A stretch of 60,846 bases of DNA from positions 1-60,846 of the forward strand of contig JAGXLF010000004.1 in NCBI GenBank assembly GCA_018334835.1, written 5' to 3'. The stretch's first letter is position 1. Every line of letters begins with the position of its first letter. Shown one piece after another: positions 37,607 to 46,972 of the stretch. Under the pieces are notes generated by a model. That model saw nothing but the letters and a program-made list of their open reading frames with translations, did no database searches and had not been told where the DNA came from. Source of the DNA: Thermoplasmatota archaeon (lineage in GTDB: Archaea > Thermoplasmatota > Thermoplasmata > Halarchaeoplasmatales > Halarchaeoplasmataceae). A program made the position numbers and the translations under genes.

Positions 37607-38680
37607 ATGGAAGTTTTCATCAATCGATGCACTAGTTATGATGAATGCTATGAGGTAGTGGAAGATGCTTTCGAAGAACTAGGAGGGATATCCAATTTTG
37701 TTAAAGACGGTGAAACGATTTTAGTCAATCCGAATCTTCTTAAAGGTAGTTCACCCGATAAGGCAGTAGTTACTCACCCAGATTTTATCATAGCCGTTGT
37801 GAGAGTACTTGAAAAAAAGGACGTGGATATAATAGTCGGAGACAGTCCGGCGGGGAGGATGACCGAAAAGAAACTAGAGGACCAATACGAAAAGAGCGGA
37901 TGGAAAAAGATTGAATCCGAGACTAATGCCAGATTAAATTACGATGTTGGAAGTACTAAAAGAGATATCTCGACCGGAAGTACAAAAAAAACCTTTGATA
38001 TTTTGAGCCTGGTCGAAGAGGTCGATGGCATCATAAATCTCCCTAAATTAAAAACTCACTCTTTGACCGTCTTCACTGGAGCGGTAAAGAATAAGTATGG
38101 TTTGGTTCACGGACTAACTAAAGCTGCCTATCACGGGCAATTCACTAGACTGAATCAATTTGGAAAGATGCTACTCGATGTCAATGAAGCAGTGGATACC
38201 CGATTGACCGTCATGGACGGTATCATAGGCATGGAAGGTGATGGTCCTTCTGGTGGAGAGCCAGTTGAATTGGATTGCGTTATAGCCTCTGAAGACCCTC
38301 TCGCAGTTGATTATGCTGCCTGTAAATTGACTGGTATACCCCCACAAAAAGTACCTACTATTCTGGAAATGGAATTCGATTTTGAAGAGATAGAGTATTT
38401 GAACAGACATCCAAATTCCTTTGAACGAGACATCGATTATCCCTCGGGAGGTTCGACCCCTTATAGAGTTCCGAATATTTTGACAGGTTTATTCGCTAAT
38501 TTTTATCTCGACCGACCAGAATTAAACGAAGAAAAATGTATCAAATGTTGGGAATGTCAGGAGGCCTGCCCGAAAGATGCGATAACGGGGAAAAGTTATG
38601 GCCCGAAGATAAGCTGGTGGAAATGTATCAGATGTTACTGCTGTGCTGAAACCTGTCCAGAAGAAGCATTGAAACCATAG
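37607..38680 (+). CDS. DUF362-domain protein with a C-terminal 2x[4Fe-4S] ferredoxin motif
   Basis: ILVNPNLL, IIVGDSPA and LPKLKTH blocks resembling DUF362, then CIKCWECQEACP and CIRCYCCAETCP. Confidence 0.7.
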   Translation: MEVFINRCTSYDECYEVVEDAFEELGGISNFVKDGETILVNPNLLKGSSPDKAVVTHPDFIIAVVRVLEKKDVDIIVGDSPAGRMTEKKLEDQYEKSGWKKIESETNARLNYDVGSTKRDISTGSTKKTFDILSLVEEVDGIINLPKLKTHSLTVFTGAVKNKYGLVHGLTKAAYHGQFTRLNQFGKMLLDVNEAVDTRLTVMDGIIGMEGDGPSGGEPVELDCVIASEDPLAVDYAACKLTGIPPQKVPTILEMEFDFEEIEYLNRHPNSFERDIDYPSGGSTPYRVPNILTGLFANFYLDRPELNEEKCIKCWECQEACPKDAITGKSYGPKISWWKCIRCYCCAETCPEEALKP

Positions 38681-38759
38681 TGATAAGAGCCGATCGAAAT
38701 CTATATTGTTTTCAACAGTGGAAATTTTTATATTTTTACTAGTGATTAAGGTTGAAACA

Positions 38760-39323
38760 ATGGAAAAGAAGCGAGTCGTCAAAGAGACCTTGCCTTTGCT
38801 TTTCTTACTCGTACTAGGCGGAGCTCTAGCTGGCTCAGTGTTGGCCAATATGGAAAGTGTCTTGAGGAAGATCCCAGGTCTGATAGTAATCGTACCAGCG
38901 GTGATAGGTATGAGGGGGAACATCTCAACCACTCTCAGCTCTAGACTGGGGTCGGCTTATCATCTAGGTATGCTGGAGAGAGGATTAACATCAGAAGTTG
39001 GAAAGGAGAACATAAAGGCTTCTCTAGCACTTAGTCTTTTCACCTCTGCCCTGTTTCCCGTTTTACTTTATCCTCTCAGTTTTTTCCTTCCTTTTGAAGT
39101 CTCATCACGGGTGATAGTGACGATCTTTTTGGTCTCTATCACCACAGGTATGTCATCCGCTATTATCCTGATAATATTGACCTTTTCTATCGTTTCCACT
39201 TCCCTCAAGTTCGGCCTAGATCCGGATAACATAAGCGGACCTGTCTTGACAACTGTTGGAGACGTTTTCACGCTGTTGATAATGTTTGGATATGCGAATC
39301 TGTTCTGGTGGTTGATACTTTGA
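38760..39323 (+). CDS. MgtE-type divalent-cation transporter membrane domain protein (half-size, copy 1)
   Basis: IPGLIVIVPAVIGMRGNISTTLSSRLGSAYHLG and DPDNISGPVLTTVGDV. Trimmed to the ATG at M19. Confidence 0.7.
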   Translation: MEKKRVVKETLPLLFLLVLGGALAGSVLANMESVLRKIPGLIVIVPAVIGMRGNISTTLSSRLGSAYHLGMLERGLTSEVGKENIKASLALSLFTSALFPVLLYPLSFFLPFEVSSRVIVTIFLVSITTGMSSAIILIILTFSIVSTSLKFGLDPDNISGPVLTTVGDVFTLLIMFGYANLFWWLIL

Positions 39324-39871
39324 CCTACAGTTGGAGAAAGATATTCAAGGAAAGTGCCGGTCTATTGGCGATCATGGGTGTCATTGGGATAACGGGGGGT
39401 TCAGTATTAGGAAGTATAGAGGAGACTCTCTTAATCTATCCCATACTTCTGTTCTTGGTACCGGTTCTGAACGGGGTTGGGGGAAATCTTGGTGCTGTAC
39501 TGGGGGCGAGGATAAGTTCCGCCATACACACAGGTAAGATAGAACCGGAGTTGTATGATGTGGAATTGAGGGATAACATGTTGGTCATGATGGCGATGGG
39601 ATTTTTCGTGTTCTTCGTCTTCGCCCTAGGTATGGCGATCGCCAACATCTTTCTGAATTTTGGAGTGAGTTCTCTTCAGATTTTTACAGTGATAATTGGG
39701 GGAGGTTTTATTACCGTGTTTCTGATTACTTTGATAACGGTTGGGGTGTCTCTGTGGTCATATCATAAGGGTCTTGATCCGGACAACATCGTGATACCTG
39801 TAGAGACCACGACGTGCGACTTCATCGGGATAATGACTTTAGCTTTCATGGTTTGGTTGGTGATATTGTGA
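39308..39871 (+). CDS. MgtE-type divalent-cation transporter membrane domain protein (half-size, copy 2)
   Basis: PILLFLVPVLNGVGGNLGAVLGARISSAIHTG and DPDNIVIPVETTTCDF. The GTG start overlaps copy 1 by 16 nt. Confidence 0.7.
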   Translation: MVDTLTYSWRKIFKESAGLLAIMGVIGITGGSVLGSIEETLLIYPILLFLVPVLNGVGGNLGAVLGARISSAIHTGKIEPELYDVELRDNMLVMMAMGFFVFFVFALGMAIANIFLNFGVSSLQIFTVIIGGGFITVFLITLITVGVSLWSYHKGLDPDNIVIPVETTTCDFIGIMTLAFMVWLVIL

Positions 39872-40512
39872 AGAATAGAGAAAAAAAGAAGGAATTGGAG
39901 GAGGACCACGCCGAGATCTCATACGAGGACACTTCGGTCAGAGAGCTTTTGACGCTGATGAAGGATAATTCGGAACTGATAGCCGACTTGGCTTATGCCT
40001 CGATGGTCTTTGAGAACGAAGAGTTGGCAGATGAAGTCCGTCACCTAGAATCACAAATGGATAAGATGATGTACCAGATACGACTGAAATCGATGCTTGG
40101 AGCAAGAACGATAAATGCTGCGGAGCAGCTCAGCGGTCTTTTGCAGGTCGCTTCTGCAGCGGAACAGATATCAGATGCTGCTGAAGATATGGTAAAGTTA
40201 CTCGATGCCCAGGTGGATCTCAAACCTATACTACCACATCTGCTGAAAAAGGCTGATGAAAAAGTATTCACCCTGAATGTAGAGGAAGGTTCAGATCTGG
40301 TTGGTAAAACACTAGGAGAACTGCGCCTCGAATCCGTCACCGGTGTGAGGGTTATAGCAATAAGGCATAAGAAGAAATGGTTTTATGGTCCAGACGGGGA
40401 AACGAAGTTAAAAGGAAAAGATTTGCTCATAGTCAGAGCTCACGAGGAGGGATATGAAAAGCTTTGGCCGGTAGCCCATAAACAGAAAAGATGGAAGGAG
40501 TTGGTAGGATGA
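39868..40512 (+). CDS. PhoU-like plus TrkA-C (RCK_C) domain regulatory protein, copy 1
   Basis: The helical N-half (NSELIADLAYASMVFENEELADEV) is followed by the TrkA-C-like GKTLGELRLESVTGVRVIAIRH...GKDLLIVRA. The GTG at 39868 overlaps the upstream stop (GTGA). The ORF-track ATG at 39814 would overlap by 58 nt. Confidence 0.6.
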   Translation: MKNREKKKELEEDHAEISYEDTSVRELLTLMKDNSELIADLAYASMVFENEELADEVRHLESQMDKMMYQIRLKSMLGARTINAAEQLSGLLQVASAAEQISDAAEDMVKLLDAQVDLKPILPHLLKKADEKVFTLNVEEGSDLVGKTLGELRLESVTGVRVIAIRHKKKWFYGPDGETKLKGKDLLIVRAHEEGYEKLWPVAHKQKRWKELVG

Positions 40513-41069
40513 AAGCAGTCGAAGAAGAACTGCTCGAGATGAAAGATACGTCGGAATTGATGTTGGACTTAGCCTATTCCTCTCTTCTCTACCACAATCA
40601 GGATATCGCTGAAGAGGTTTTCAACCTGGAACAGAAAGTCAACGAACTCCAAGATTCGATAAGCACAAAGATCTTAGAAAATAATGAGGATATGGATCCA
40701 GATAAAAGCTTCATCCTCTTCAAGATGGCCGACTCGATCGAGCGATTTGCCGACGCCGCACTAGACATCGCAGATGTAGTTCTAAGAGATATAGAGCTCC
40801 ATCCCGTTATCAAGGAGAGCCTTAAGGATTCAGATGAATTTATGGTCCGAAAAGAGATACTTAAAGGAGCTTTTTTAGATGGAAAAACGCTTGAAGAATC
40901 AGAGATGACTACAAAAATCGGGATGAAAGTCATCGCGATCCGTAGAGGAGATAATTGGTCCTATGGGCCAGATAAAGAGGTCAAATTGAAAGCTGGAGAC
41001 ATAATATTCGCTAGAGGACCTCGAGAGAGCGAAGAGCAGTTGAATAAATGGACCAGAGTTAACCTCTGA
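40509..41069 (+). CDS. PhoU-like plus TrkA-C (RCK_C) domain regulatory protein, copy 2
   Basis: Paralogous to copy 1 (TSELMLDLAYSSLLYHNQDIAEEV; GKTLEESEMTTKIGMKVIAIRR...GDIIFARG). The start overlaps the upstream stop as ATGA. Confidence 0.65.
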   Translation: MKAVEEELLEMKDTSELMLDLAYSSLLYHNQDIAEEVFNLEQKVNELQDSISTKILENNEDMDPDKSFILFKMADSIERFADAALDIADVVLRDIELHPVIKESLKDSDEFMVRKEILKGAFLDGKTLEESEMTTKIGMKVIAIRRGDNWSYGPDKEVKLKAGDIIFARGPRESEEQLNKWTRVNL

Positions 41070-41095
41070 TCGGAGTTCTAGCGCTAAATGAAAAT

Positions 41096-41761
41096 CTAAA
41101 GGATACCATTCTCTAAGTCTTTTATAACTTCTTCCTTATTTTTTGCTTTCACTAAACCAGAAGCCAACAGAACTCCCTTTGTTCCGAGATCTAAAGCCGC
41201 TTTTACATCATCTCCATCCTTAACTCCAGCACCGCAGAGAACTTTTACTTCTTTATTGACATCTTTCACTTTTTTGACGGCTTCTTCCACGACTTCCGGT
41301 TTAGCGGAGGACACCGAAATATCTCCACCTATCAGTTCTGGAGGTTCATAAGCCACGAATCCGGGACCTAGTGCAGCGGCAGATGCAGCCACATCCGGAT
41401 TATTGGCACAGACAATCGTCTCAATATCCTTTTCTTGGCAGCGCTTCACAATGTATTCTATATCAGAGAGTTTCAACTGATTTTCAGAATGGTTTATCAA
41501 CGTACCGTCGATACCAGCATCTATCATCGTCTCTAAAAGAGTATGACCAGTATTGCTTCCAGGTTTTACCGCATCTACGTGTTGAGAAAGAACAGACAGA
41601 TCCGTATTTTTATTGACCGCCCTGACATCAGCTGTTTGAGGAACGACAGCCCAATTTTTTTTGCAGTTTTTCTCTATGGTACGGGTGAGTTCGACGGCTT
41701 TATCACCAATAGAGGGGGCATATGTTTTGTAATTGACTATTATTATCGGAGTTTCAAACAT
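41096..41761 (-). CDS. tpiA: Triosephosphate isomerase (short archaeal type)
   Basis: 221 aa. IIVNYKTY, LINHSE, VCANN, YEPPELIG and CGAGV. Confidence 0.9.
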   Translation of the reverse strand: MFETPIIIVNYKTYAPSIGDKAVELTRTIEKNCKKNWAVVPQTADVRAVNKNTDLSVLSQHVDAVKPGSNTGHTLLETMIDAGIDGTLINHSENQLKLSDIEYIVKRCQEKDIETIVCANNPDVAASAAALGPGFVAYEPPELIGGDISVSSAKPEVVEEAVKKVKDVNKEVKVLCGAGVKDGDDVKAALDLGTKGVLLASGLVKAKNKEEVIKDLENGIL

Positions 41762-41859
41762 TATATCATCTTGAGAATTGAGTGTACATAGTTAAAGATT
41801 GTGGATTTTATCCCATAGATAAACAAAATACTTAAATTGACCTATCCGGATTCTCATCC

Positions 41860-43065
41860 ATGAAAGCAGTAATTTTAGCTGCGGGGGAAGGCACTAGATT
41901 ACGTCCCTTTACGGCTACAGAACCAAAAGTCATGATACCTGTAGCAAATAAACCTATCTTGGAATACGTAGTGGATGCCATAAGAGAGAACGGAGTCAGA
42001 GATATAATCATGGTAGTGGGTTACAAGAGACAAAAGATAATGTCTTATTTTGGGGACGGTGATGACTTTGGTGTGAACATAGATTATGTTGTCCAGAAAA
42101 ATCAACCACCCACTGGAGGGACAGCTCATGCACTATACCAAACCAAGAACAAACTTGATGAGGAATTTATATTGTTTCCAGGAGATAACGTTATATCAGA
42201 AGATACTGTTTCTGATCTTTTGAATAACATGGAAGATTATACGATACTGATAACTAGGAGTGAAAATCCTTCAAAATATGGTGTAGTTACATTGGAAAAG
42301 GGCGGTGAAACCGTAAAAGGGCTTGTCGAGAAACCAGAGAGAAGTCCTAGTCATCTGATATCTACTGGTATTTATTCTTTTCAACCAGATGTTTTCGAAC
42401 ACATAGAAGATGTGATGGGGGAAGGACACTATGATATACCCTCTGTGATAGAAAAGATCATGAAAACAAATGAGATCAAAGCTATAAAAACGAAAGGAGA
42501 TTGGATAGACGCGGTTTATCCCTGGGACCTTCTTCACGTAAATAGAGCCGCTCTGAAAGATATAAACAAAAAGTACAATGGATTGATCGGGGAGAACGTG
42601 ATGATAAAAGGCAACGTTAAGATAGGGAAAGGAACACGGATAAGAGGAGGGAGCTTTATAGAGGGGCCTACAATAATAGGAGAGGGATGCGATATCGGTC
42701 CGAACGTTTGTATCGCTCCAAGTTCTAGCATAGGAGATAATACGAAGATTGGTCCCTTCACAACGGTAGAAAACAGCTTGGTGATGAACGGAGCGGCTAT
42801 AGGCTCCAACTCAACGATCGTCAACTCAGTAATCGGAGAGGGAGTAAAGATAAAGAACAATTTCTCCACTTACTCTGAAGATAGGAAAATAGAAACTGAG
42901 GAAAGACTGCATATTGTCGAAGATATCGGGGCTATGATAGCGGAAGATACCGAGATCGGTTCAGGAGTCACGATAGAGGCAGGAGTGATCGTAGGAGATG
43001 GATGTGAGATAAGATCAGGAAGAACGATCGGAGAAAAGATCGATTCAGGATCCAAAGCAGTGTGA
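41860..43065 (+). CDS. Bifunctional sugar-1-phosphate nucleotidylyltransferase / hexapeptide acyltransferase (GlmU-like, archaeal type)
   Basis: AVILAAGEGTRLRPFT and PGDNV in the N-terminal domain. The C-terminal half has left-handed beta-helix hexapeptide repeats. Confidence 0.85.
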   Translation: MKAVILAAGEGTRLRPFTATEPKVMIPVANKPILEYVVDAIRENGVRDIIMVVGYKRQKIMSYFGDGDDFGVNIDYVVQKNQPPTGGTAHALYQTKNKLDEEFILFPGDNVISEDTVSDLLNNMEDYTILITRSENPSKYGVVTLEKGGETVKGLVEKPERSPSHLISTGIYSFQPDVFEHIEDVMGEGHYDIPSVIEKIMKTNEIKAIKTKGDWIDAVYPWDLLHVNRAALKDINKKYNGLIGENVMIKGNVKIGKGTRIRGGSFIEGPTIIGEGCDIGPNVCIAPSSSIGDNTKIGPFTTVENSLVMNGAAIGSNSTIVNSVIGEGVKIKNNFSTYSEDRKIETEERLHIVEDIGAMIAEDTEIGSGVTIEAGVIVGDGCEIRSGRTIGEKIDSGSKAV

Positions 43066-43074
43066 GGTATTGGC

Positions 43075-44859
43075 ATGTGCGGCATAGTAGGTTACACCGG
43101 TCCAAAAAATATAAGGGATGTCTTGATCGACGGACTGAAAAGATTAGACTACAGGGGCTATGATTCCGCTGGAGTGGGAGTAAGAAAGGAAGATGAGATC
43201 TATCTGCAGAAAAAAAAGGGAAGGATAGAAGATCTCTCTAAAGAGGATATACCTGAAGGAAAGGCGGGTATAGGACACACAAGATGGGCCACACATGGTA
43301 AGCCATCTGATGAGAATGCTCATCCTTTTGTAGATTGCAGGGGAGAAATAGCTATCGTTCATAATGGTATCATAGATAATTTCAATTCGATCAAAGATGA
43401 GTTGATAGATAAAGGACACGAATTTTCTTCTGAAACTGACAGTGAAGTAATAGTTCATCTTTTAGAAGAAAATAATGATGGCGATCTCTTAGAAGCTTTT
43501 AAGAAAACTGTCACCAAAATAAGCGGATCGTACGCGATATTAGCTCTGAGAAGGGATTCAAGCGAACTCCTAGTAACTAGAAACCAAAGTCCGATGGTCG
43601 TCGGAATTGGTGAGGATGAGAACCTTGTAGCATCGGACGCACCCGCTCTACTCGAACACACCAAAAATGTAAAATATCTCCAGGACGGCGACATCGCCAG
43701 GATAACGGGGGATGAGATAGACATCTGGAACGAGGACGATCAACTTATAGAAAGGAAAACAAAAAAGATCGAATGGGATCTAGAGGATGCGGAAAAAGGT
43801 GGCTATGAGCACTTCATGCTCAAGGAGATTTTTGAACAACCTAAAGCCATCCATGAATCTATACTTGGAAGACTTACAAATTTCGATGAATTTGATCTTT
43901 CTAAATATGACCCAAACGCGATTCAGTTTATAGCCTGCGGTACTTCAGCCCATGCCGGCTTCGTCGGGAAATATATCTTCGAAAAGATAGCCAAAATACC
44001 TTGTACTCTAGAATTTTCTTCCGAATATCGACATTCTTCACCTTCGGAAAGCTATCCTTTGACTATTTTATTGAGCCAGAGTGGGGAGACATTAGACACT
44101 ATGGCAGCGGCAAGAGAAGCGAACCAAAGAGGTAACGACACATTAGCTATAACGAATGTTTTAGACAGTTCGATAACTAGAGAAGTCGATGAGGTGATGT
44201 ACACACAGGCAGGGCCTGAGATAGGTGTAGCCGCGACAAAAACATTTACCACTCAAGTCGTCATGCTTTATCTGCTAGCTATAGAGATGGGGATCAAAAG
44301 GAACGTCTTGAGCAAAGATCAAGCAGATAAATATAGGGATGAACTGAGAAGACTGCCTAGAAAGGTCGAAAGTATACTCAATGATAAGGAAAAAATCAGA
44401 GATATGACTGAGAGTTTAGCTAAAGCAGAAGACATATTTTTTGTCGGTAGAAATATAAATTATCCGGTGGCCCTTGAAGGGGCCTTAAAGCTTAAAGAGA
44501 TAGCGTATATCCATGCTGCTGGTTATCCAGCAGGAGAACTGAAACATGGGCCCTTTGCTCTGTTGACCGAGAATACACCGGTTATAGCTATCGCTGTAAA
44601 AGACGAAACCTTCGATAAGATGTTGGGGAATATAGGAGAGATCGCTGCAAGAGATAGCCCTGTAATCGTAGTTGGAGACAAAGATAAAGAATTGGAAAAA
44701 TTAGCTGATGACGCTTACTTCATCCCAGATGTACCTCCGCTATTTTCACCTCTTCTAGTGAATGTAGTTCTGCAATTGATCTCATATTACACCGCATATA
44801 GATTGGATAGAGATATCGATAAACCACGAAATCTTGCAAAAAGTGTGACAGTAGAATGA
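43075..44859 (+). CDS. glmS: Glutamine--fructose-6-phosphate aminotransferase
   Basis: N-terminal nucleophile MCGIVGY, two SIS domains (SQSGET, GPEIGVAATKTFT), and the C-terminal KPRNLAKSVTVE. Confidence 0.95.
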   Translation: MCGIVGYTGPKNIRDVLIDGLKRLDYRGYDSAGVGVRKEDEIYLQKKKGRIEDLSKEDIPEGKAGIGHTRWATHGKPSDENAHPFVDCRGEIAIVHNGIIDNFNSIKDELIDKGHEFSSETDSEVIVHLLEENNDGDLLEAFKKTVTKISGSYAILALRRDSSELLVTRNQSPMVVGIGEDENLVASDAPALLEHTKNVKYLQDGDIARITGDEIDIWNEDDQLIERKTKKIEWDLEDAEKGGYEHFMLKEIFEQPKAIHESILGRLTNFDEFDLSKYDPNAIQFIACGTSAHAGFVGKYIFEKIAKIPCTLEFSSEYRHSSPSESYPLTILLSQSGETLDTMAAAREANQRGNDTLAITNVLDSSITREVDEVMYTQAGPEIGVAATKTFTTQVVMLYLLAIEMGIKRNVLSKDQADKYRDELRRLPRKVESILNDKEKIRDMTESLAKAEDIFFVGRNINYPVALEGALKLKEIAYIHAAGYPAGELKHGPFALLTENTPVIAIAVKDETFDKMLGNIGEIAARDSPVIVVGDKDKELEKLADDAYFIPDVPPLFSPLLVNVVLQLISYYTAYRLDRDIDKPRNLAKSVTVE

Positions 44860-46034
44860 AAGAAAAAATAGTAGGGTTTTACGAGGACCGAAAATCAATC
44901 GTGTGGTTGATGATAATATTTGTTCCCTTGATTATACTTGTTGTAGGTTCATTTATGGCTAAAGAGATATTTTGGGATTCTTTCCTTTGGAGATATTTCT
45001 GGGCGCCCGTTGTAGCTGATGCTGAAAGAGAACCAGTAAATGGCATTTCAGCCGGATACAACATTGTTAATACGATCATATATGGGATCATATTGGTGAT
45101 TTCATTCTTTGGTATAATTGAACTGATCAGACATTTTGATATCAGTATAAACAAGAAATTCGTTTATACCCTTTTACCCTGGGTTATACTTGGAGGTTCG
45201 CTTAGAAGTCTCGAGGATGCTGGCCTTTTTAAAAGTCCTCTCGATAAATTTATGATCACACCGATGATATATTTCGTTCTTGGATTTTCGGCTGTATTCC
45301 TGATGCTGATTGGGGCTCATCTATCGAGAATAGAATGGGATACAGATAAGTCCAAGTATATGGGATTGCTGATTCTTACCCCCCTACCATTTTTCTACTT
45401 GTTCCTAGGGAGCTTTATAGAACCTTTTTTCATTTCTTTTATCGTCGTAGTACTGCTCTTTTTATCCCTAACCTTTCTGATCGGTCTTATATATCTCGAC
45501 TTAGACGAGAAATATCTCTTTTTCACCTATGGAACTACCTTGCTTTCTATATCTTTATCTTATAACGTTTACATCATACTCTTCCGGGATAGTGCTAATC
45601 CTCTCGAAGTGGTCATAATAACAATGTTGGGGTCTATACTCACCTTTCTCTTTTTGGGTTTTTTCTGGATATCGGGTCGTGTATCGCTTACTGGCTTTAA
45701 AAGAGAATACTTTGAAATCTTCAGCCGCCCCTTGAACCTGCTTATATGCTGGGCCCATCTTTTCGATGCTTCTTCAACTTATCGAGGTGTAACCGCCTTC
45801 GGATATGCAGAGAAACATGTTCTCCCGGAATTTTTAATCGAATATACAGGTCCAGAGATTTTATTCGTGGTCAAGATCGTATTGATATTGGTCGTAATCT
45901 ATGTTTTGGATATCTTGCTGGAAGAAGATTTTTCGGAAGACGAAAGTTTAAGGTCATTTTTGAAATTCGTGATAATAGTACTCGGGACCGCTCCTGCAGT
46001 AAGGAACACACTCAGATTGGCGATGGGTGTTTAA
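44856..46034 (+). CDS. Multi-pass membrane protein, DUF63-like (tentative)
   Basis: About 9 hydrophobic helices. The conserved-looking block WAHLFDASSTYRG...YAEKHVLPEF matches DUF63 as I remember it. The ATG overlaps the glmS stop as ATGA. Confidence 0.55.
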   Translation: MKEKIVGFYEDRKSIVWLMIIFVPLIILVVGSFMAKEIFWDSFLWRYFWAPVVADAEREPVNGISAGYNIVNTIIYGIILVISFFGIIELIRHFDISINKKFVYTLLPWVILGGSLRSLEDAGLFKSPLDKFMITPMIYFVLGFSAVFLMLIGAHLSRIEWDTDKSKYMGLLILTPLPFFYLFLGSFIEPFFISFIVVVLLFLSLTFLIGLIYLDLDEKYLFFTYGTTLLSISLSYNVYIILFRDSANPLEVVIITMLGSILTFLFLGFFWISGRVSLTGFKREYFEIFSRPLNLLICWAHLFDASSTYRGVTAFGYAEKHVLPEFLIEYTGPEILFVVKIVLILVVIYVLDILLEEDFSEDESLRSFLKFVIIVLGTAPAVRNTLRLAMGV

Positions 46035-46045
46035 AAAAGAAAAAT

Positions 46046-46061
46046 GAGCCCGTGAGGGCTC
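46046..46061. terminator. GC-rich hairpin GAGCCC-GTGA-GGGCTC between convergent genes
   Basis: Perfect 6-bp stem with a GNRA-type loop. It lies 12 nt after the DUF63-like stop and 31 nt from the stop of the RHH gene. Confidence 0.4.
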
Positions 46062-46091
46062 GGAGCTAGCAGATCCAGTGCATCCATCCCA

Positions 46092-46325
46092 TTATTTTTT
46101 AAGGTACTCTTCCCTAACTGCTTTGGCCTTTGCCATCTTCTGTTCCTGTTCGGCCATCTTCTCCACTTTTTCAGCTACCAAGTCTACCCTGTAATACAAC
46201 ATATCTCTAACAGCAGTCCTAATAGCTTCAGACCTGGAGGGAAAGTCGTCCATCTCGACCAGGAAGTCAATTCGATCGAGGAAGCTTTTAGGAAGCCTAA
46301 CATTTATTCTTTCGTTATCAGACAC
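46092..46325 (-). CDS. Ribbon-helix-helix (CopG/MetJ-like) DNA-binding protein
   Basis: 77 aa. INVRLPKSFLDRIDFLV...SRSEAIRTAVRDMLY is a typical RHH strand plus two helices. Confidence 0.7.
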   Translation of the reverse strand: MSDNERINVRLPKSFLDRIDFLVEMDDFPSRSEAIRTAVRDMLYYRVDLVAEKVEKMAEQEQKMAKAKAVREEYLKK

Positions 46326-46457
46326 GTTTATCCTCCGTTCCTGTGTATATACGACATTCTTTAGATGTCGTTTGTATGTACAATCACATATGAAACTTCA
46401 TATTTAATAATTTCGTTTGTAATATGGTCACTTCGTATTCCTAAAGAAAAATTTTTT

Positions 46458-46913
46458 ATGTCATCTATTTCATTAAGTGATGTGAATAAAGTTTATACAA
46501 TCGGCTACGAAGGAAAAGAAATTGAGGAATTTATCCAGCTTCTAGAAAAATACGGTGTGAACCAAGTCGTTGATGTAAGGTCATATCCTACCTCAAAGAG
46601 AAAAAAATTCAAGAAAAACAACTTGAGGCAGGAACTATTCAAAGCCAGTATCAAGTATCGTCATCTACCCAGGTTGGGCGGTTTAAGAGACAAAGATTAC
46701 CAAGAGACCATGAAAGAGGATGAATGGCTTAGCGCATTTGAGGAATTGAAAGATTTAGCAGAAGAAAAGAAGACAGTAATACTGTGTTTGGAGAGCAATC
46801 CAATGAAATGTCACCGCAGATTTATAGCAGAAGAGCTTGAGAAAGAGGGATGGGAAGTAGTTCACATAGGGGAAGGAGGATCCTGGAAAGAGAAAAAACT
46901 AAATGATTTTTGA
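46458..46913 (+). CDS. DUF488-family protein
   Basis: VYTIGYEGK, VVDVRSYPTSKR, IKYRHLPRLGG, and a C-terminal CLESNPMKCHR. Trimmed to M32. Confidence 0.7.
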   Translation: MSSISLSDVNKVYTIGYEGKEIEEFIQLLEKYGVNQVVDVRSYPTSKRKKFKKNNLRQELFKASIKYRHLPRLGGLRDKDYQETMKEDEWLSAFEELKDLAEEKKTVILCLESNPMKCHRRFIAEELEKEGWEVVHIGEGGSWKEKKLNDF

Positions 46914-46972
46914 TATGGACTTTGCCAGACTTTCACAATACTTATTAATAACCTTCTCCTAATTTGGATATC

